Part shown: piece by piece, positions 29,905-40,052 of the stretch | Layout of the letters: every line of letters begins with the position of its first letter | Position numbering within the stretch: the stretch's first letter is position 1 | DNA from: a bacterium | GTDB lineage: Bacteria; Patescibacteriota; Saccharimonadia; Saccharimonadales; SZUA-47 | Length of the DNA stretch: 64,000 nt | Assembly: GCA_030428125.1 (NCBI GenBank) | Contig: JAUIBF010000001.1 | Location: 490,383 to 554,382 of the forward strand | Direction: 5' to 3' | Position numbers and translations under genes: made by a program | Notes under the pieces: model-generated | The model's input: the letters and a program-made list of their open reading frames with translations, nothing else | Database searches by the model: none | What the model was told of the DNA's origin: nothing

Positions 29905-30528
29905 CTAATAACTCAAACGGTTTACGGCATCAGAATAATGCGGCTCACCACGAATATCATCCGGATACAAAATCCTCATTACTGCTTGAGTCTGTCCGTG
30001 AATATCGCTGACGTGTATCGCATTGTTAACTACTGGCAAAAACAGCTCTTCAAACTCTTGATTGTTTAGGCCCGCTGAATCTTCCCCGGAAACAAATTGA
30101 TATGGCTTGCAAGTCATACCTCTAATACCTAATTGTCGATCTACTATTTCGCCGTCCATATCAAAAGTCTCTGTTGATCCTTTTATATTTTCGAAGAGCA
30201 CTGAGGGATCTTCAGTTCTATAGACAAAGGGTATAAATGCAACTCTTCCTAGATACTCTCGCATTATCATAGGGTAATACCTTCTGTCTGATTTGTTCGC
30301 ATAAAATATCTCGAGTATTTTTCTGCCGTAAGGTACCGATCTTAAGTCCCTGATTATTGGAGATAACAACTGAATTTCCGATATCCTTCCATGTAATGGG
30401 TCATCAGCAACGAGTAAATCATGAGGGTAATTACCGTGAAGAGTTTCGACTATCAGTGGATCTAAAGTCTCGTCTAGTGCATGAGGCTTTATCATTATCA
30501 AACTTGTACCACTGACCAACTCAGACAT
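29905..30528 (-). CDS. Divergent nucleoside-diphosphate-kinase-like protein
   Basis: SLIMIKPH start, GIRG, NNAIHVSD (compare NDK NxxHGSD phospho-His). Confidence 0.65.
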   Translation of the reverse strand: MSELVSGTSLIMIKPHALDETLDPLIVETLHGNYPHDLLVADDPLHGRISEIQLLSPIIRDLRSVPYGRKILEIFYANKSDRRYYPMIMREYLGRVAFIPFVYRTEDPSVLFENIKGSTETFDMDGEIVDRQLGIRGMTCKPYQFVSGEDSAGLNNQEFEELFLPVVNNAIHVSDIHGQTQAVMRILYPDDIRGEPHYSDAVNRLSY

Positions 30529-30530
30529 TG

Positions 30531-32549
30531 CTAAACCATTTCCTCTTCTGCTAACACAAAATTGCCAGTTTCTGCATCTACGATAACGTCAGCTATTTCT
30601 TTTGGGCGTGCATTCTGTTCGTAGATCCATTGTGCGGGCATGTATTTTCTGAGATATTTTCTAACTACTTCAATACCAAGTTTCGGAACATCGCGCTCTA
30701 TGGCACGACTAAGCATTTTGCCTATCGCTAAATCAATGTGAACCTTGTAATCGAATTCATCAACTAATTCCTCTCCAAAGAGAAAAACCCCTTCAACTAA
30801 TATCACATCAGGTCTAACATCATATGACTTTAGATAACTCATACCCGTAACAGGGTTTATATGCTCAAGAATCACCATATCACTCTGATCCCGTGCAAGG
30901 GTCGCAATTAGTTGTTTTAGCTTTTTTATATTAAAGGTGTGTTCTAGATAATTTAAGATTGGGTTATCTGAAGTATGTCTTACTTCTGAGTCATTTGAAA
31001 AATCATCAATTTGTATTTCTGTCACTCGTAGACCACTCTGTTCTAATTGACTCTTTAGTTCACTTGATAGTGTTGTTTTTCCAGACGTATCTACGCCACT
31101 TACACCAACGACACAACATTCATTAACTTCGCTCAGTTCCGCTATCTCTTGTGTTAAAAACTCTACGACATTTCGACCTTGCAGAGTATTAGTTGTTTCC
31201 GCAGAACCATCAACTAGCTTATTGATGCCCAGAATATTTATTTCTGGTAAGTGCTCCTGTAGGTATTTAAGAAGTGACTCTAATTCGTCAGGTTGAGTTT
31301 TAATGATTTTGTCAATTTGGGCTATCATGATTCGCAGTGCTTCTTTAAACTCAAGCCTATTATCAACCGGCTCCTCTTGGCTAATAAAGTTATCGAGGAT
31401 ATGCGCAAATGAAACTGACGGGCCGCTATTTGACCCTTTTTGGTCAACAAGTCTATCGACATCAACCTCATTACCATTCATAATCGCTTCCAGTTTAAAC
31501 CACAATAGATAACCGGGCAGTTTATCGGTTACGAACTTTGACTCGACTCCAATCTGATGTTTTACACACCACTCCCTAATTAATTCCTCCCAAACTGTAA
31601 ATACTTCAGTATTTAATTCACGACCTCCGAAATTTTCATATAGCTGCTTGGAGTGTTCGCGAAGGTCAATAAATGCATACCCTCGATCCGACTGCTGCCA
31701 ATACCCTAATTCAGTGGAAACACTATTTTCAAAAGGGTAGAGTTTATTGGGCAATAAGACCTTGTGATATGGACTTTCTAGTGCTCGACTTTTTGGGTCG
31801 CAACCAATTGTACTCAAGCAATCTTTCTGTAAAGTTCCACCAAAAGCCTTAAGCACAACAGCTAGTGTAAATAATGTTCTGCCCCTATAGAATAGATCGT
31901 CAATAAAATGTACAGGTTTATCGCTAGCTAGAATTTCCGCCAATCGTGTTCCTCTAAGAACAGCCTGAATGAGGGCCAAGCTAGGCAGCCTTTCCTCGAT
32001 TGTCTCAATCATTTCAATACATTTATCAAGTTCCTGCGACAACTGCGAATCATCCGTAACGTGCTTGAAGGGCCCTGGCACTGAATAGCCAGCAAGGATT
32101 GACACAACTTCACCTCTTGTCATGCCTTTATGTATTAAACCTGTGTCTTCCTGTGACTGAGCAATAAAATTAAATGTACTTTCAGATAACTCTTCATCTT
32201 TTTCATCATCCGATAAAAGCGTAAGCAGCTGGACAGATAGAGGTGCTTTTTCGATAGACATCAGTTTCATGTCTGTATAATCTTCCCCTAATGCCAAAAT
32301 ATATTCTGACACATACCTATTTCCACCCTGAATCACGACTCTGTGTCCGGCAGTCGTATCATCAACCCATCGATCCACCGTCGTCATTAGTTCTGATTTT
32401 GATATGCGCTCGCCCGAGGCAAAAGTGTTACTTCCAGGACGAGGAGGCTGAACAAGATAATTAAGATCTGTGCCGTTTATGGTTTCATACGACATAGGGC
32501 TTTGCTCCCTAACAGAAGCTAGTTCAGCATTTTCACCTATGGAATTCAT
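30531..32549 (-). CDS. Multidomain protein: PRTase-like motif in the N-terminal half and a C-terminal uridine-kinase-like P-loop domain
   Basis: VHFIDDLFYRGRTL resembles a PRPP-binding loop; GVSGVDTSGKTT, IDDF, VEGVFL, RAIERD and ADVIVD. Confidence 0.7.
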   Translation of the reverse strand: MNSIGENAELASVREQSPMSYETINGTDLNYLVQPPRPGSNTFASGERISKSELMTTVDRWVDDTTAGHRVVIQGGNRYVSEYILALGEDYTDMKLMSIEKAPLSVQLLTLLSDDEKDEELSESTFNFIAQSQEDTGLIHKGMTRGEVVSILAGYSVPGPFKHVTDDSQLSQELDKCIEMIETIEERLPSLALIQAVLRGTRLAEILASDKPVHFIDDLFYRGRTLFTLAVVLKAFGGTLQKDCLSTIGCDPKSRALESPYHKVLLPNKLYPFENSVSTELGYWQQSDRGYAFIDLREHSKQLYENFGGRELNTEVFTVWEELIREWCVKHQIGVESKFVTDKLPGYLLWFKLEAIMNGNEVDVDRLVDQKGSNSGPSVSFAHILDNFISQEEPVDNRLEFKEALRIMIAQIDKIIKTQPDELESLLKYLQEHLPEINILGINKLVDGSAETTNTLQGRNVVEFLTQEIAELSEVNECCVVGVSGVDTSGKTTLSSELKSQLEQSGLRVTEIQIDDFSNDSEVRHTSDNPILNYLEHTFNIKKLKQLIATLARDQSDMVILEHINPVTGMSYLKSYDVRPDVILVEGVFLFGEELVDEFDYKVHIDLAIGKMLSRAIERDVPKLGIEVVRKYLRKYMPAQWIYEQNARPKEIADVIVDAETGNFVLAEEEMV

Positions 32550-32555
32550 AATAAG

Positions 32556-33578
32556 CTACTCTTTCAAATCACTAAGAACTCTGAGTAATAATTCATTTTC
32601 TTCAGAGCTTCCTACTGTTACCCTTATGCAATCGTTGAAAGTCCCTAGAATACTTCTAGGACGCACAACTATTGAATTTTCACTTAATATCCTAGCCATA
32701 TGGTCTGATTTACGAGATTTAATAATCAAGAAATTTGTTTGCGTATTTTCTACTGAGTAGCCCATTGTTGATAACCTTTCAAAAACTAACGACTTTTGTT
32801 TTAAGACACTTTTCACTTCTGATTCAAGTTTATCCATCTGTGTCATAGCCGACACTGCAGCCTCTAAGCCAATGCTGCTTACACTGTATGGTTGCTTTAG
32901 AGCTTCAAGTGAATCTTTGTGTGAACTTTCGCATAGAACGTAACCAATTCTGGCGCCTGCCAAACCCCATGCTTTGGAGAAAGTACGTAGAACAAAAATA
33001 TTTTGATTTTTTATCACTTGTTTATAGTATGAGTAATTCAGCCCTGAGTATTCTATATAAGCTTCATCGATTATAATTTTTCCTTTAAATTCTGCAATCA
33101 ACTGTTGTAGTTTAGAGTAGTCCATTAAATTGCCGGTTGGATTGTTTGGATGAATTAATACGAGTAAGCTAGCTTCGTTATTTAATTTAAGAATTTCTTG
33201 AACGTCAGGCTGGTAATCCGCATCTAGCTGAACAGTTAATACTTTCTTATTTTTTGCTACTGAACGCTGACTATATAAATCATATGTCGGCTTATTTAGT
33301 ATTACGGTCTCGGGGTTAACATAGTCAATAAGTAAGTCTATTCCTGCTATAGATCCTGCCGTCAAAACTATATTTTCACTTGACAAGCCTTTATTATTTT
33401 TAGCAATTAAATCTACTAATATTGAATTGAGTTTGCTGTCTGGATATCTATTAAGGTTCAAAAGTGCACTGACGTGTAATGATGCCCATTGGGTTGGATG
33501 TTCGTTAGCGTCAAGTAACATGCTGTCTTTTGTTGCGTTGTCTCTGTCTGTTCTATAACGCTGGAGTACTCTTTGCAT
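32556..33578 (-). CDS. HisC-like PLP-dependent aminotransferase (class I/II)
   Basis: LDANE, NRYPD, PNNPTG, IDEAY, RTFSKAWGLAGARIGY and IRVTVG motifs. Confidence 0.9.
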   Translation of the reverse strand: MQRVLQRYRTDRDNATKDSMLLDANEHPTQWASLHVSALLNLNRYPDSKLNSILVDLIAKNNKGLSSENIVLTAGSIAGIDLLIDYVNPETVILNKPTYDLYSQRSVAKNKKVLTVQLDADYQPDVQEILKLNNEASLLVLIHPNNPTGNLMDYSKLQQLIAEFKGKIIIDEAYIEYSGLNYSYYKQVIKNQNIFVLRTFSKAWGLAGARIGYVLCESSHKDSLEALKQPYSVSSIGLEAAVSAMTQMDKLESEVKSVLKQKSLVFERLSTMGYSVENTQTNFLIIKSRKSDHMARILSENSIVVRPRSILGTFNDCIRVTVGSSEENELLLRVLSDLKE

Positions 33579-33673
33579 GTTTATATTTTATAATATAGTT
33601 TGTTTTTTTACTATTTTGTTTTATCTTATTTTTTTATATGGCAGGTACATCTTAGGGTTGATATAATCAAGCT

Positions 33674-34051
33674 ATGCGAAAAAGAGCTGGTGCATTAATT
33701 ATCTCTGATAAGAAACTTTTACTTATTAACGAAGGAGATCAGGGTTTTTTCTGGACGCCAGGCGGAGGACTAGAGGGTAATGAATCCTTCGAAACTGCCC
33801 TTAAACGAGAGTTGCATGAAGAACTCGGGGCTAAGACAGAATCAATAGAATTGTTTTTTCAAATGCTAGACGAAAACGAAAAAGAAGAAGTTAAATATTT
33901 CATTATAAATAAGTTCGATAAACTTGAGGTGCCTAATGATACAAAAATATTATGGTACAGTCGCGAAATGTACGAAAATGATTCAGTACGAATATCTAAA
34001 AGGGTGCACAAGCACGTCGTCCCGAAGCTGATTTCGGAAGATTTTTTATAG
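33674..34051 (+). CDS. NUDIX hydrolase
   Basis: PGGGLEGNESFETALKRELHEELG Nudix box. Confidence 0.9.
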   Translation: MRKRAGALIISDKKLLLINEGDQGFFWTPGGGLEGNESFETALKRELHEELGAKTESIELFFQMLDENEKEEVKYFIINKFDKLEVPNDTKILWYSREMYENDSVRISKRVHKHVVPKLISEDFL

Positions 34052-34066
34052 GTATATCATGAAAAC

Positions 34067-34096
34067 TGTACAAGGAACGTCCTTGTACAGTAAGGA
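34067..34096 (-). repeat. Right copy of the 30-bp inverted repeat
   Basis: TGTACAAGGAACGTCCTTGTACAGTAAGGA. Confidence 0.95.
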
Positions 34097-34104
34097 TAAG
34101 TTAA

Positions 34105-34524
34105 CTAGTTTACTAGTTCGCCACCCATATCAACAACTGCGGTATAAGCACCTAGATTAACTACCTCTCCGTAATTAGCCTTGTCCAGAATTGCTTTTGC
34201 AACTGTAGATCTGCTACCACTTCGGCAGTAGACATATATTTTACTGTCAGAGGGGATATCGGGGTATCTTCCAGACTGCAAATCCTGCAGAGGTAAGTTC
34301 TGGGCGCCACCAATATGGCCGTCATCGAACTCTTCGATTGTCCTGACATCAAACAGATAAGCAGTACCTGCACTAATTTCGCTTTCTATCTGAGCAAAAT
34401 CAACTACTCCATCATTCCGAGCCTTAACGATATCAGAATCGTTACTATTGCTGTTATTGCCAACGTATAGTCCGATTCCCAGTATCGCTAATAAAACTGC
34501 AGTGATTATAATTGCTATCTTCAT
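34105..34524 (-). CDS. Membrane-anchored rhodanese-domain protein
   Basis: DVRTIEEFDDGHIGGA and YCRSGSRS motifs; N-terminal TM. Confidence 0.9.
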   Translation of the reverse strand: MKIAIIITAVLLAILGIGLYVGNNSNSNDSDIVKARNDGVVDFAQIESEISAGTAYLFDVRTIEEFDDGHIGGAQNLPLQDLQSGRYPDIPSDSKIYVYCRSGSRSTVAKAILDKANYGEVVNLGAYTAVVDMGGELVN

Positions 34525-34526
34525 TT

Positions 34527-34916
34527 TTACCCTCGTAATTTTACTTTACATTTTTCGCATTCGCCCTGAATAGTTAGCCTACCAGAAACCCTACAACCAC
34601 CTAAAGCTTCTACTATGGTCGGCATTACATCATCGACAACGTTAATATCCTTGATGCCACCACAAACACGACATATAAAATGGTCGTGAGGGGAAGTATT
34701 TATATCAAACTTCATTGACCCATCTGACTCTGGTGGGGCTAAAGCTAAGGCCCCACTATCGACCAGTCGTGATGTAACTCTATGCACCGTGGTTGCACTC
34801 AAGTCAGGGAATTCTAATCGCAGTTTATCGATTAGTTCGGCATTACTAGCATGGCCAAGCTCAGTAATTGTATCTAAAACTGCTTTGGAATATTTAGTTG
34901 CCCTTGACGAAATCAT
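34527..34916 (-). CDS. Fur/PerR family transcriptional regulator
   Basis: SATTVHR, HDHFICRVCG and CEKC motifs. Confidence 0.9.
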   Translation of the reverse strand: MISSRATKYSKAVLDTITELGHASNAELIDKLRLEFPDLSATTVHRVTSRLVDSGALALAPPESDGSMKFDINTSPHDHFICRVCGGIKDINVVDDVMPTIVEALGGCRVSGRLTIQGECEKCKVKLRG

Positions 34917-34972
34917 GGCTCTTATTGTAAATTATTTACATTAAGATATCAATATGTAAGTGTGGAGAAGCA

Positions 34973-35233
34973 ATGAAAAGAATTTTTATCGATGTACGTG
35001 AGCCATTCGAGTTCAATATGGGGCATGTAGAAGGGGCGATAAACGTACATCCCGCAGAACTAATGGCTGGAGCGCCTAGTTTAAATGACATCGATAAAGA
35101 TACCGAGCTAATCCTTTACTGCAGAAGTGGCGCCAGATCTAACGCCAGCATGCATTATTTGCGTGATATGGGCTTCACAAACCTGGTTAACGGTATAAAT
35201 CAAGCACAAGTTGAAGCTAAATACGACGTCTAG
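34973..35233 (+). CDS. Rhodanese-domain protein
   Basis: DVREPFEFNMGHVEGA and YCRSGARS motifs. Confidence 0.9.
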   Translation: MKRIFIDVREPFEFNMGHVEGAINVHPAELMAGAPSLNDIDKDTELILYCRSGARSNASMHYLRDMGFTNLVNGINQAQVEAKYDV

Positions 35234-35236
35234 AGA

Positions 35237-35563
35237 CTACGCAACATCTCTTTTTTCGAGTTTTTGTTTCGCATCTGCTCTGCGTTTAATCGCAGTTAGG
35301 TCATCTGCATGCACGGGCATGCCTAGCTCATAACGCTCGTCTTCATCCATACCAGCCCAAACCCCAACTTCTTCGTGCTCGCTAATATAGTTCAAACATT
35401 CATTGAATACTGGACAAGTTGCACAGATTGCTTTAGCAGCAGCTAGGCGCTTCTCCCTTGAGCTGAGTCTCTCGCTAAATGACGCCTGAAAAGGATTTTT
35501 CGGTCTTTTGTATGCGTCTATACACGCTGCCTCATCACGCCAGCTAGCTTCTATCTCAGACAT
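35237..35563 (-). CDS. WhiB-family Fe-S transcription regulator
   Basis: WRDEAAC ... AKAICATCPVFNEC ... GVWAG.DEDER: four Cys plus G[VI]W[GA]G turn. Confidence 0.88.
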   Translation of the reverse strand: MSEIEASWRDEAACIDAYKRPKNPFQASFSERLSSREKRLAAAKAICATCPVFNECLNYISEHEEVGVWAGMDEDERYELGMPVHADDLTAIKRRADAKQKLEKRDVA

Positions 35564-35607
35564 AATAGTGGTATATTATAGTACTTTTTTGATATATTAG
35601 CTATTTT

Positions 35608-35916
35608 CTAGAAGTCTTCTTCGGGGTTATCTGAGTCTTTTTTGCCCCAACGCCACTTCGGTTTTGGACCTAAACTTGCAGAGATGTAGATTAAAATTCC
35701 AGCCCCAATAAACACAAAAGCTAGATAGTACAATACTTTTGAATTAAAAGTGTTATCAGGTACGTCTGCCAGGAACCAGAAAGCCCCTAAAACCACCAAA
35801 ATTAGATAAACAAGCACAACTATCCATCCTAGTGGCGATGTAGGCACCCAGCCATAACCGTAACGCTTTCTCTTGAATTTCAATTGTTTTTTGCCCATTA
35901 CAGACAATTTTAGCAA
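35608..35916 (-). CDS. Small two-TM membrane protein (start probably MGKK)
   Basis: KRYGYGWVP..GW and PKWRWG motifs. Confidence 0.7.
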   Translation of the reverse strand: MLKLSVMGKKQLKFKRKRYGYGWVPTSPLGWIVVLVYLILVVLGAFWFLADVPDNTFNSKVLYYLAFVFIGAGILIYISASLGPKPKWRWGKKDSDNPEEDF

Positions 35917-36018
35917 TTATAAGGTGTAAATGTAAATTGATAATCATTTCATAATGGTATTGCTTTTTTGTGTAGTTTGTACTATAATATAGCTTGAAAA
36001 CTGAGGTATTTTTAAGTT

Positions 36019-37740
36019 ATGAACGCAAAAACACCACTGTTGGAGCGACAGTTAGACGGTCTAATGACCAGCTATGAAAATGCACAAGTTGCAGCTGCAC
36101 AAGCTCCTGACCTTGCACGGGCTACCCTTAATAGCCAAGTTGAAGTTATCCAAACTCAGATAGAGGAGTTCTTCGCAACAGATGCAGTAGTTGCAGCCCT
36201 AGACGAGCTACGAGACCTTAGGACTGCCGAATATGAAAAGATAGGTGAATTGTTTGCTGACGGTAAAATAACCGATTCTGAGCTAGATGAGCGTATTGAG
36301 GCTATTGAAAACAGCCCTAAATACCGTCTATTAGGCCTTGCAACGGAATTAGGCGCTTTTGCCCTTGATGACGTGTCCGTTGAGACAGTAGAAGATACTC
36401 CAGAGGATGATGTCGAGTTTGTGCCATTTATCCCTGTAGAAATCACCACTGAAAAGCTTGATGCTATCTCAGAATCAGCGGATTCTGATCTTGAACCTGA
36501 AGAGCTAGAGCTAATCGGTGAAGTAGTGGAAGATTTTGAAGCGTTAGAGCCTGAAACCATTATTTTTACTGAAACCGAGGCTGACACAGATGATACAGGT
36601 TTGACGTTTAATGCTCTAGATGACGACACTGAAGAGGTAGACATTCTAGAAAACGCTACACTTGATGCTATTGATGTGGCATTTGAGGCTATAGAATCAG
36701 ATCCAGCAGATCCTGAAGAAGTGTTTTACGACGAAGAGATTGTTGCCTCCGAAGAACCAATGCTTCCAGAGGTAGAAGATGATTCAACTTTAGACACCAT
36801 AGCCGAAGAAAGGCCTATAGAACTAGAGCCAACCACGGATGAGGTTACTGTTGAGCACGCACTGATCTTTGCCGAGGAGGTTGCTGACCTTACAAAAGAC
36901 AGAGATGAATTAAAAGTAGTTGCTCCAAAGTATCTGCTCAAGAGCACCTTGCGCAAAGCAGCTGACACCGATTTGCGCTACGTTACCCCAGAAATGCGCA
37001 GGGAGGCCATTACATCCATTTTATCAATTCTAGACAGCGAAGACCCTCTGATTTCATTCATGACTGATGCCGAAAGTAGTCAAGCGATGTTTGATTTTAC
37101 TGATTGGTCTGCGTCGGTAATCGAAAGTCCAAAATGGGCAGCTGTTAAGAGCCAATTGATTGATTCTGTAAGAATCGTCGAGGAATCACCAGCGCTACCA
37201 GCAACTACTGCGACAATTAGCGCTGAAGAAGAAATAGCAACTCCTCTTGTTGCTGAAGAAAACGGAGTAGCCGAGGAAACTACTGCTAAAATCGTTGAGT
37301 TACCGATTAAGTCGGAAATTGAACCGGAAGATACTAAACACGAAACAGATGAAGATACAGAAGATGCTGAAATAATTGATGTAAATTCTCGAATCGAGGA
37401 AAAAGTTGAGAAAGAAGCTGTTGCAAGTGCTGTCGAAGTATTAGTTGAGACAGACAACCTATTCGAGGGTGAAATCAGCTTAAGCGAATTTCGCTCAAGA
37501 ACCGGCATAGACACTGAGGTGTTCGTGGAAGTTTATCGCACGGGTATCTTAGAGTTGGATGAAAAAGAAAAGCATGTTGCAATCAAAGAGATAAAGATCA
37601 ATGCGACAGAGGCAATATTGCTACAGATGCACGCATCAAATCGTAACTTGATAAACAATGCAGACAACACAGTAAAAGCCAGAATCCTAAGCTCAGTTAA
37701 GTCCGAGATTAGCCGTCAAGAAGCTCTAAAAGTAGCCTAA
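36019..37740 (+). CDS. Highly acidic hypothetical protein
   Basis: 573-aa ORF rich in E/D; promoter TTGCTT-N17-TATAAT and GAGG SD upstream. Confidence 0.75.
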   Translation: MNAKTPLLERQLDGLMTSYENAQVAAAQAPDLARATLNSQVEVIQTQIEEFFATDAVVAALDELRDLRTAEYEKIGELFADGKITDSELDERIEAIENSPKYRLLGLATELGAFALDDVSVETVEDTPEDDVEFVPFIPVEITTEKLDAISESADSDLEPEELELIGEVVEDFEALEPETIIFTETEADTDDTGLTFNALDDDTEEVDILENATLDAIDVAFEAIESDPADPEEVFYDEEIVASEEPMLPEVEDDSTLDTIAEERPIELEPTTDEVTVEHALIFAEEVADLTKDRDELKVVAPKYLLKSTLRKAADTDLRYVTPEMRREAITSILSILDSEDPLISFMTDAESSQAMFDFTDWSASVIESPKWAAVKSQLIDSVRIVEESPALPATTATISAEEEIATPLVAEENGVAEETTAKIVELPIKSEIEPEDTKHETDEDTEDAEIIDVNSRIEEKVEKEAVASAVEVLVETDNLFEGEISLSEFRSRTGIDTEVFVEVYRTGILELDEKEKHVAIKEIKINATEAILLQMHASNRNLINNADNTVKARILSSVKSEISRQEALKVA

Positions 37741-37814
37741 AAGTCATATCGGTAACGGTTATTTTGAATTTATACCGTGACTCTTTATAATATTATGTAG
37801 AAATTGGAGGGTCT

Positions 37815-39341
37815 ATGGCGAAGGATAAACATCCTACCGAAAAGGTGGGGCGCAATCCTAAAATTCACCAAAACGCAGAAACAGCAGATAAGCCTGCTAG
37901 GCTTAAGCATGCAAAACCGGAAGCCAAAAACGCAACAAAACCTAATAAGAAATCACCGGTGAACTCACTAAAATCATACCCTGCATTAGCGTGGGCCAAG
38001 TTCAATGGATTGAGCAGAAATGTGAAACTCGCTAGCATATTGACAGTAATTTTGCTGTTGGTTGGAATTTTCGCATTTGCCCTATCAACCGACAGTTCAT
38101 CTAATAACGAATTCGCAAACGAAGACCATGTCGAAATTGATGATTCAGCGCCTAGAATGGGTATAGCAGTCACCTTACAGCAAGGAACGTTAGAAACAAA
38201 AGACGAAGACGGCAACTGGGTGGACGCGCCAGATGACTTCCAGCCAGAAGAAGGCGATGCCCTTAGAACCGTGGGTGCTACCTCGCGCTCAGTCCTGACC
38301 TTTGACGACGGAAGCGCTCTACGGCTTGATGCAAATTCTGAAGTTGAGTTGATTTCACTTAATAACGAGCGAATTGTGATAAGGCATCTAGAAGGCTATA
38401 CCTACAGTCGGGTTATACCATCAGACAACCGAGCTTATATAGTCGAAAGCAAAGATGCCCAATACGAAGCGCAGGGCACTGCGTTTAAGACATCCTCTAG
38501 TGGCGATGAACAGGCTGTAGAAGTATACCAAAGCAAAGTTCATGAGACCTCTCTTAATAAAATCCCGGAAGAAGGGGAAAAGCTGACCGTTAAAAGCTTA
38601 GCTGAACCAAGTAAGGACGGCACTATCCAGAAACTAGATGTCGAAGAAGTTAAGCAAGATCAGTTCATGTTATGGAATAAAAACCTGGACGAACAAGATG
38701 ACAATTTCAAAAACGACTTAGGATTTCTAAAAGATTTTGATGCACCAGACATTAACATTACCTCCCATAAAGACGGGGAAACCGTCTTGCTAGACTCAAA
38801 CGCACAACAAGGAACGATTGAGTTCAAAGGAAATACGGAAAAAGGATCGACCCTAACGGTGCAGTCTAAGTCAAAAGGCGGCTCATCGCCCGAGTCAGTA
38901 TCTGTAGGAGCAAATGGCGACTTCACGACACCGGTACTATCCGCGCCATTAGGCAGTTCAGTGTTCGAATTTGTGTCTAAAGACCGAGCTGGCAATAAAA
39001 CTACCAAGAACATTCGTATTAATTTCCAACGCAAGAGCGCGCCAGTCAGTGGATCTGGAAGTATTGTGCTAGAGGCAGAATACAACTCGGTAGATGACAA
39101 GATTGAAGCGACTTGGGCCGTCACAGGTGGCCTGGAAGCAGAAGATGGATTTAAATTTGTCTATAACAAGTCAGGAAACCCTACTTATGGCAGTGACAGT
39201 TCTCAATTAATTAACACCATGTCCGCTTCGATTACAAATCCAAAGAGTGGTGAATCATACTACATTAGAGTTTGCATCTATAACAGTAGCGACAATGAGT
39301 GTGCTAACTACTCAAATCAGATTGAAGTAAAAATACCTTAA
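37815..39341 (+). CDS. Membrane-anchored FecR-domain protein with Ig/FN3-like C-terminal domains
   Basis: GDALRT...LTFDDGSALRLDANSE...GTAF FecR pattern; DRAGN Ig motif. Confidence 0.75.
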   Translation: MAKDKHPTEKVGRNPKIHQNAETADKPARLKHAKPEAKNATKPNKKSPVNSLKSYPALAWAKFNGLSRNVKLASILTVILLLVGIFAFALSTDSSSNNEFANEDHVEIDDSAPRMGIAVTLQQGTLETKDEDGNWVDAPDDFQPEEGDALRTVGATSRSVLTFDDGSALRLDANSEVELISLNNERIVIRHLEGYTYSRVIPSDNRAYIVESKDAQYEAQGTAFKTSSSGDEQAVEVYQSKVHETSLNKIPEEGEKLTVKSLAEPSKDGTIQKLDVEEVKQDQFMLWNKNLDEQDDNFKNDLGFLKDFDAPDINITSHKDGETVLLDSNAQQGTIEFKGNTEKGSTLTVQSKSKGGSSPESVSVGANGDFTTPVLSAPLGSSVFEFVSKDRAGNKTTKNIRINFQRKSAPVSGSGSIVLEAEYNSVDDKIEATWAVTGGLEAEDGFKFVYNKSGNPTYGSDSSQLINTMSASITNPKSGESYYIRVCIYNSSDNECANYSNQIEVKIP

Positions 39342-39350
39342 ATACGTGTG

Positions 39351-40004
39351 TTATTTCTTTTTCTTAGATGCTTTTAGACTCTCACGTGGAGCGATAAATA
39401 GACTGTATAGGTTCATTCCAAGTACAGAACCTAGCAGTGGTGCTAATACTGTGGTTTTATCCCAAGCGTTATTAGCAAGTGCCACAGCCGGATTTAGGAA
39501 CCCTGGAGCAGCGATAGCGGCGATAAATACGCCAAGAGTTAGAGAAAATCCGATTGTGAGAGCAGCCTGTGCCCCTTCGACTTTCTGCATCACCACAGAA
39601 GCAACACCGAAACCAAATACTGCAGCCCCAACCATTTCAGCAACAAATATTCGCAAATCAAACGTGCTCATTCCGGCATTTAGCACTTCAGAGTCTGTAA
39701 CATATTCTACAAACATGAATGCCGTAGCTCCTCCTAGAATTTGTGCTGCCATATAGACAATCGCTTGAGTTGCTTCAATTTTTCGCAGTGTCCACAATCC
39801 CAATGTAATCGCTGGGTTTACATGCGCACCAGATATTTTGCCGATGGTGGTTACCAATACCATAAGTGCAAAGCCAACTGCTAGCCCTACGTACCAAGGC
39901 GCTGTAAAGTTGAAATAGCGTGCAGCACCCATCGCTGTTAGCGCGAGTATTGCTGTGCCAAAAAACTCAGCAACAATCATACCTATTTTTTTCCTGTCAA
40001 ACAT
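39351..40004 (-). CDS. Aquaporin/MIP channel
   Basis: SGAHVNPAIT and LNPAVA NPA boxes. Confidence 0.92.
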   Translation of the reverse strand: MFDRKKIGMIVAEFFGTAILALTAMGAARYFNFTAPWYVGLAVGFALMVLVTTIGKISGAHVNPAITLGLWTLRKIEATQAIVYMAAQILGGATAFMFVEYVTDSEVLNAGMSTFDLRIFVAEMVGAAVFGFGVASVVMQKVEGAQAALTIGFSLTLGVFIAAIAAPGFLNPAVALANNAWDKTTVLAPLLGSVLGMNLYSLFIAPRESLKASKKKK

Positions 40005-40052
40005 AAACCCTCCGTTGTTTATGCCCCAAGTATAACCTAAGTCTTAAAAAAA

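Noticed and set aside
32556..33578. Calling this gene hisC of a histidine operon
   Set aside because: No other his genes are adjacent and the substrate cannot be fixed from motifs, so the symbol is withheld
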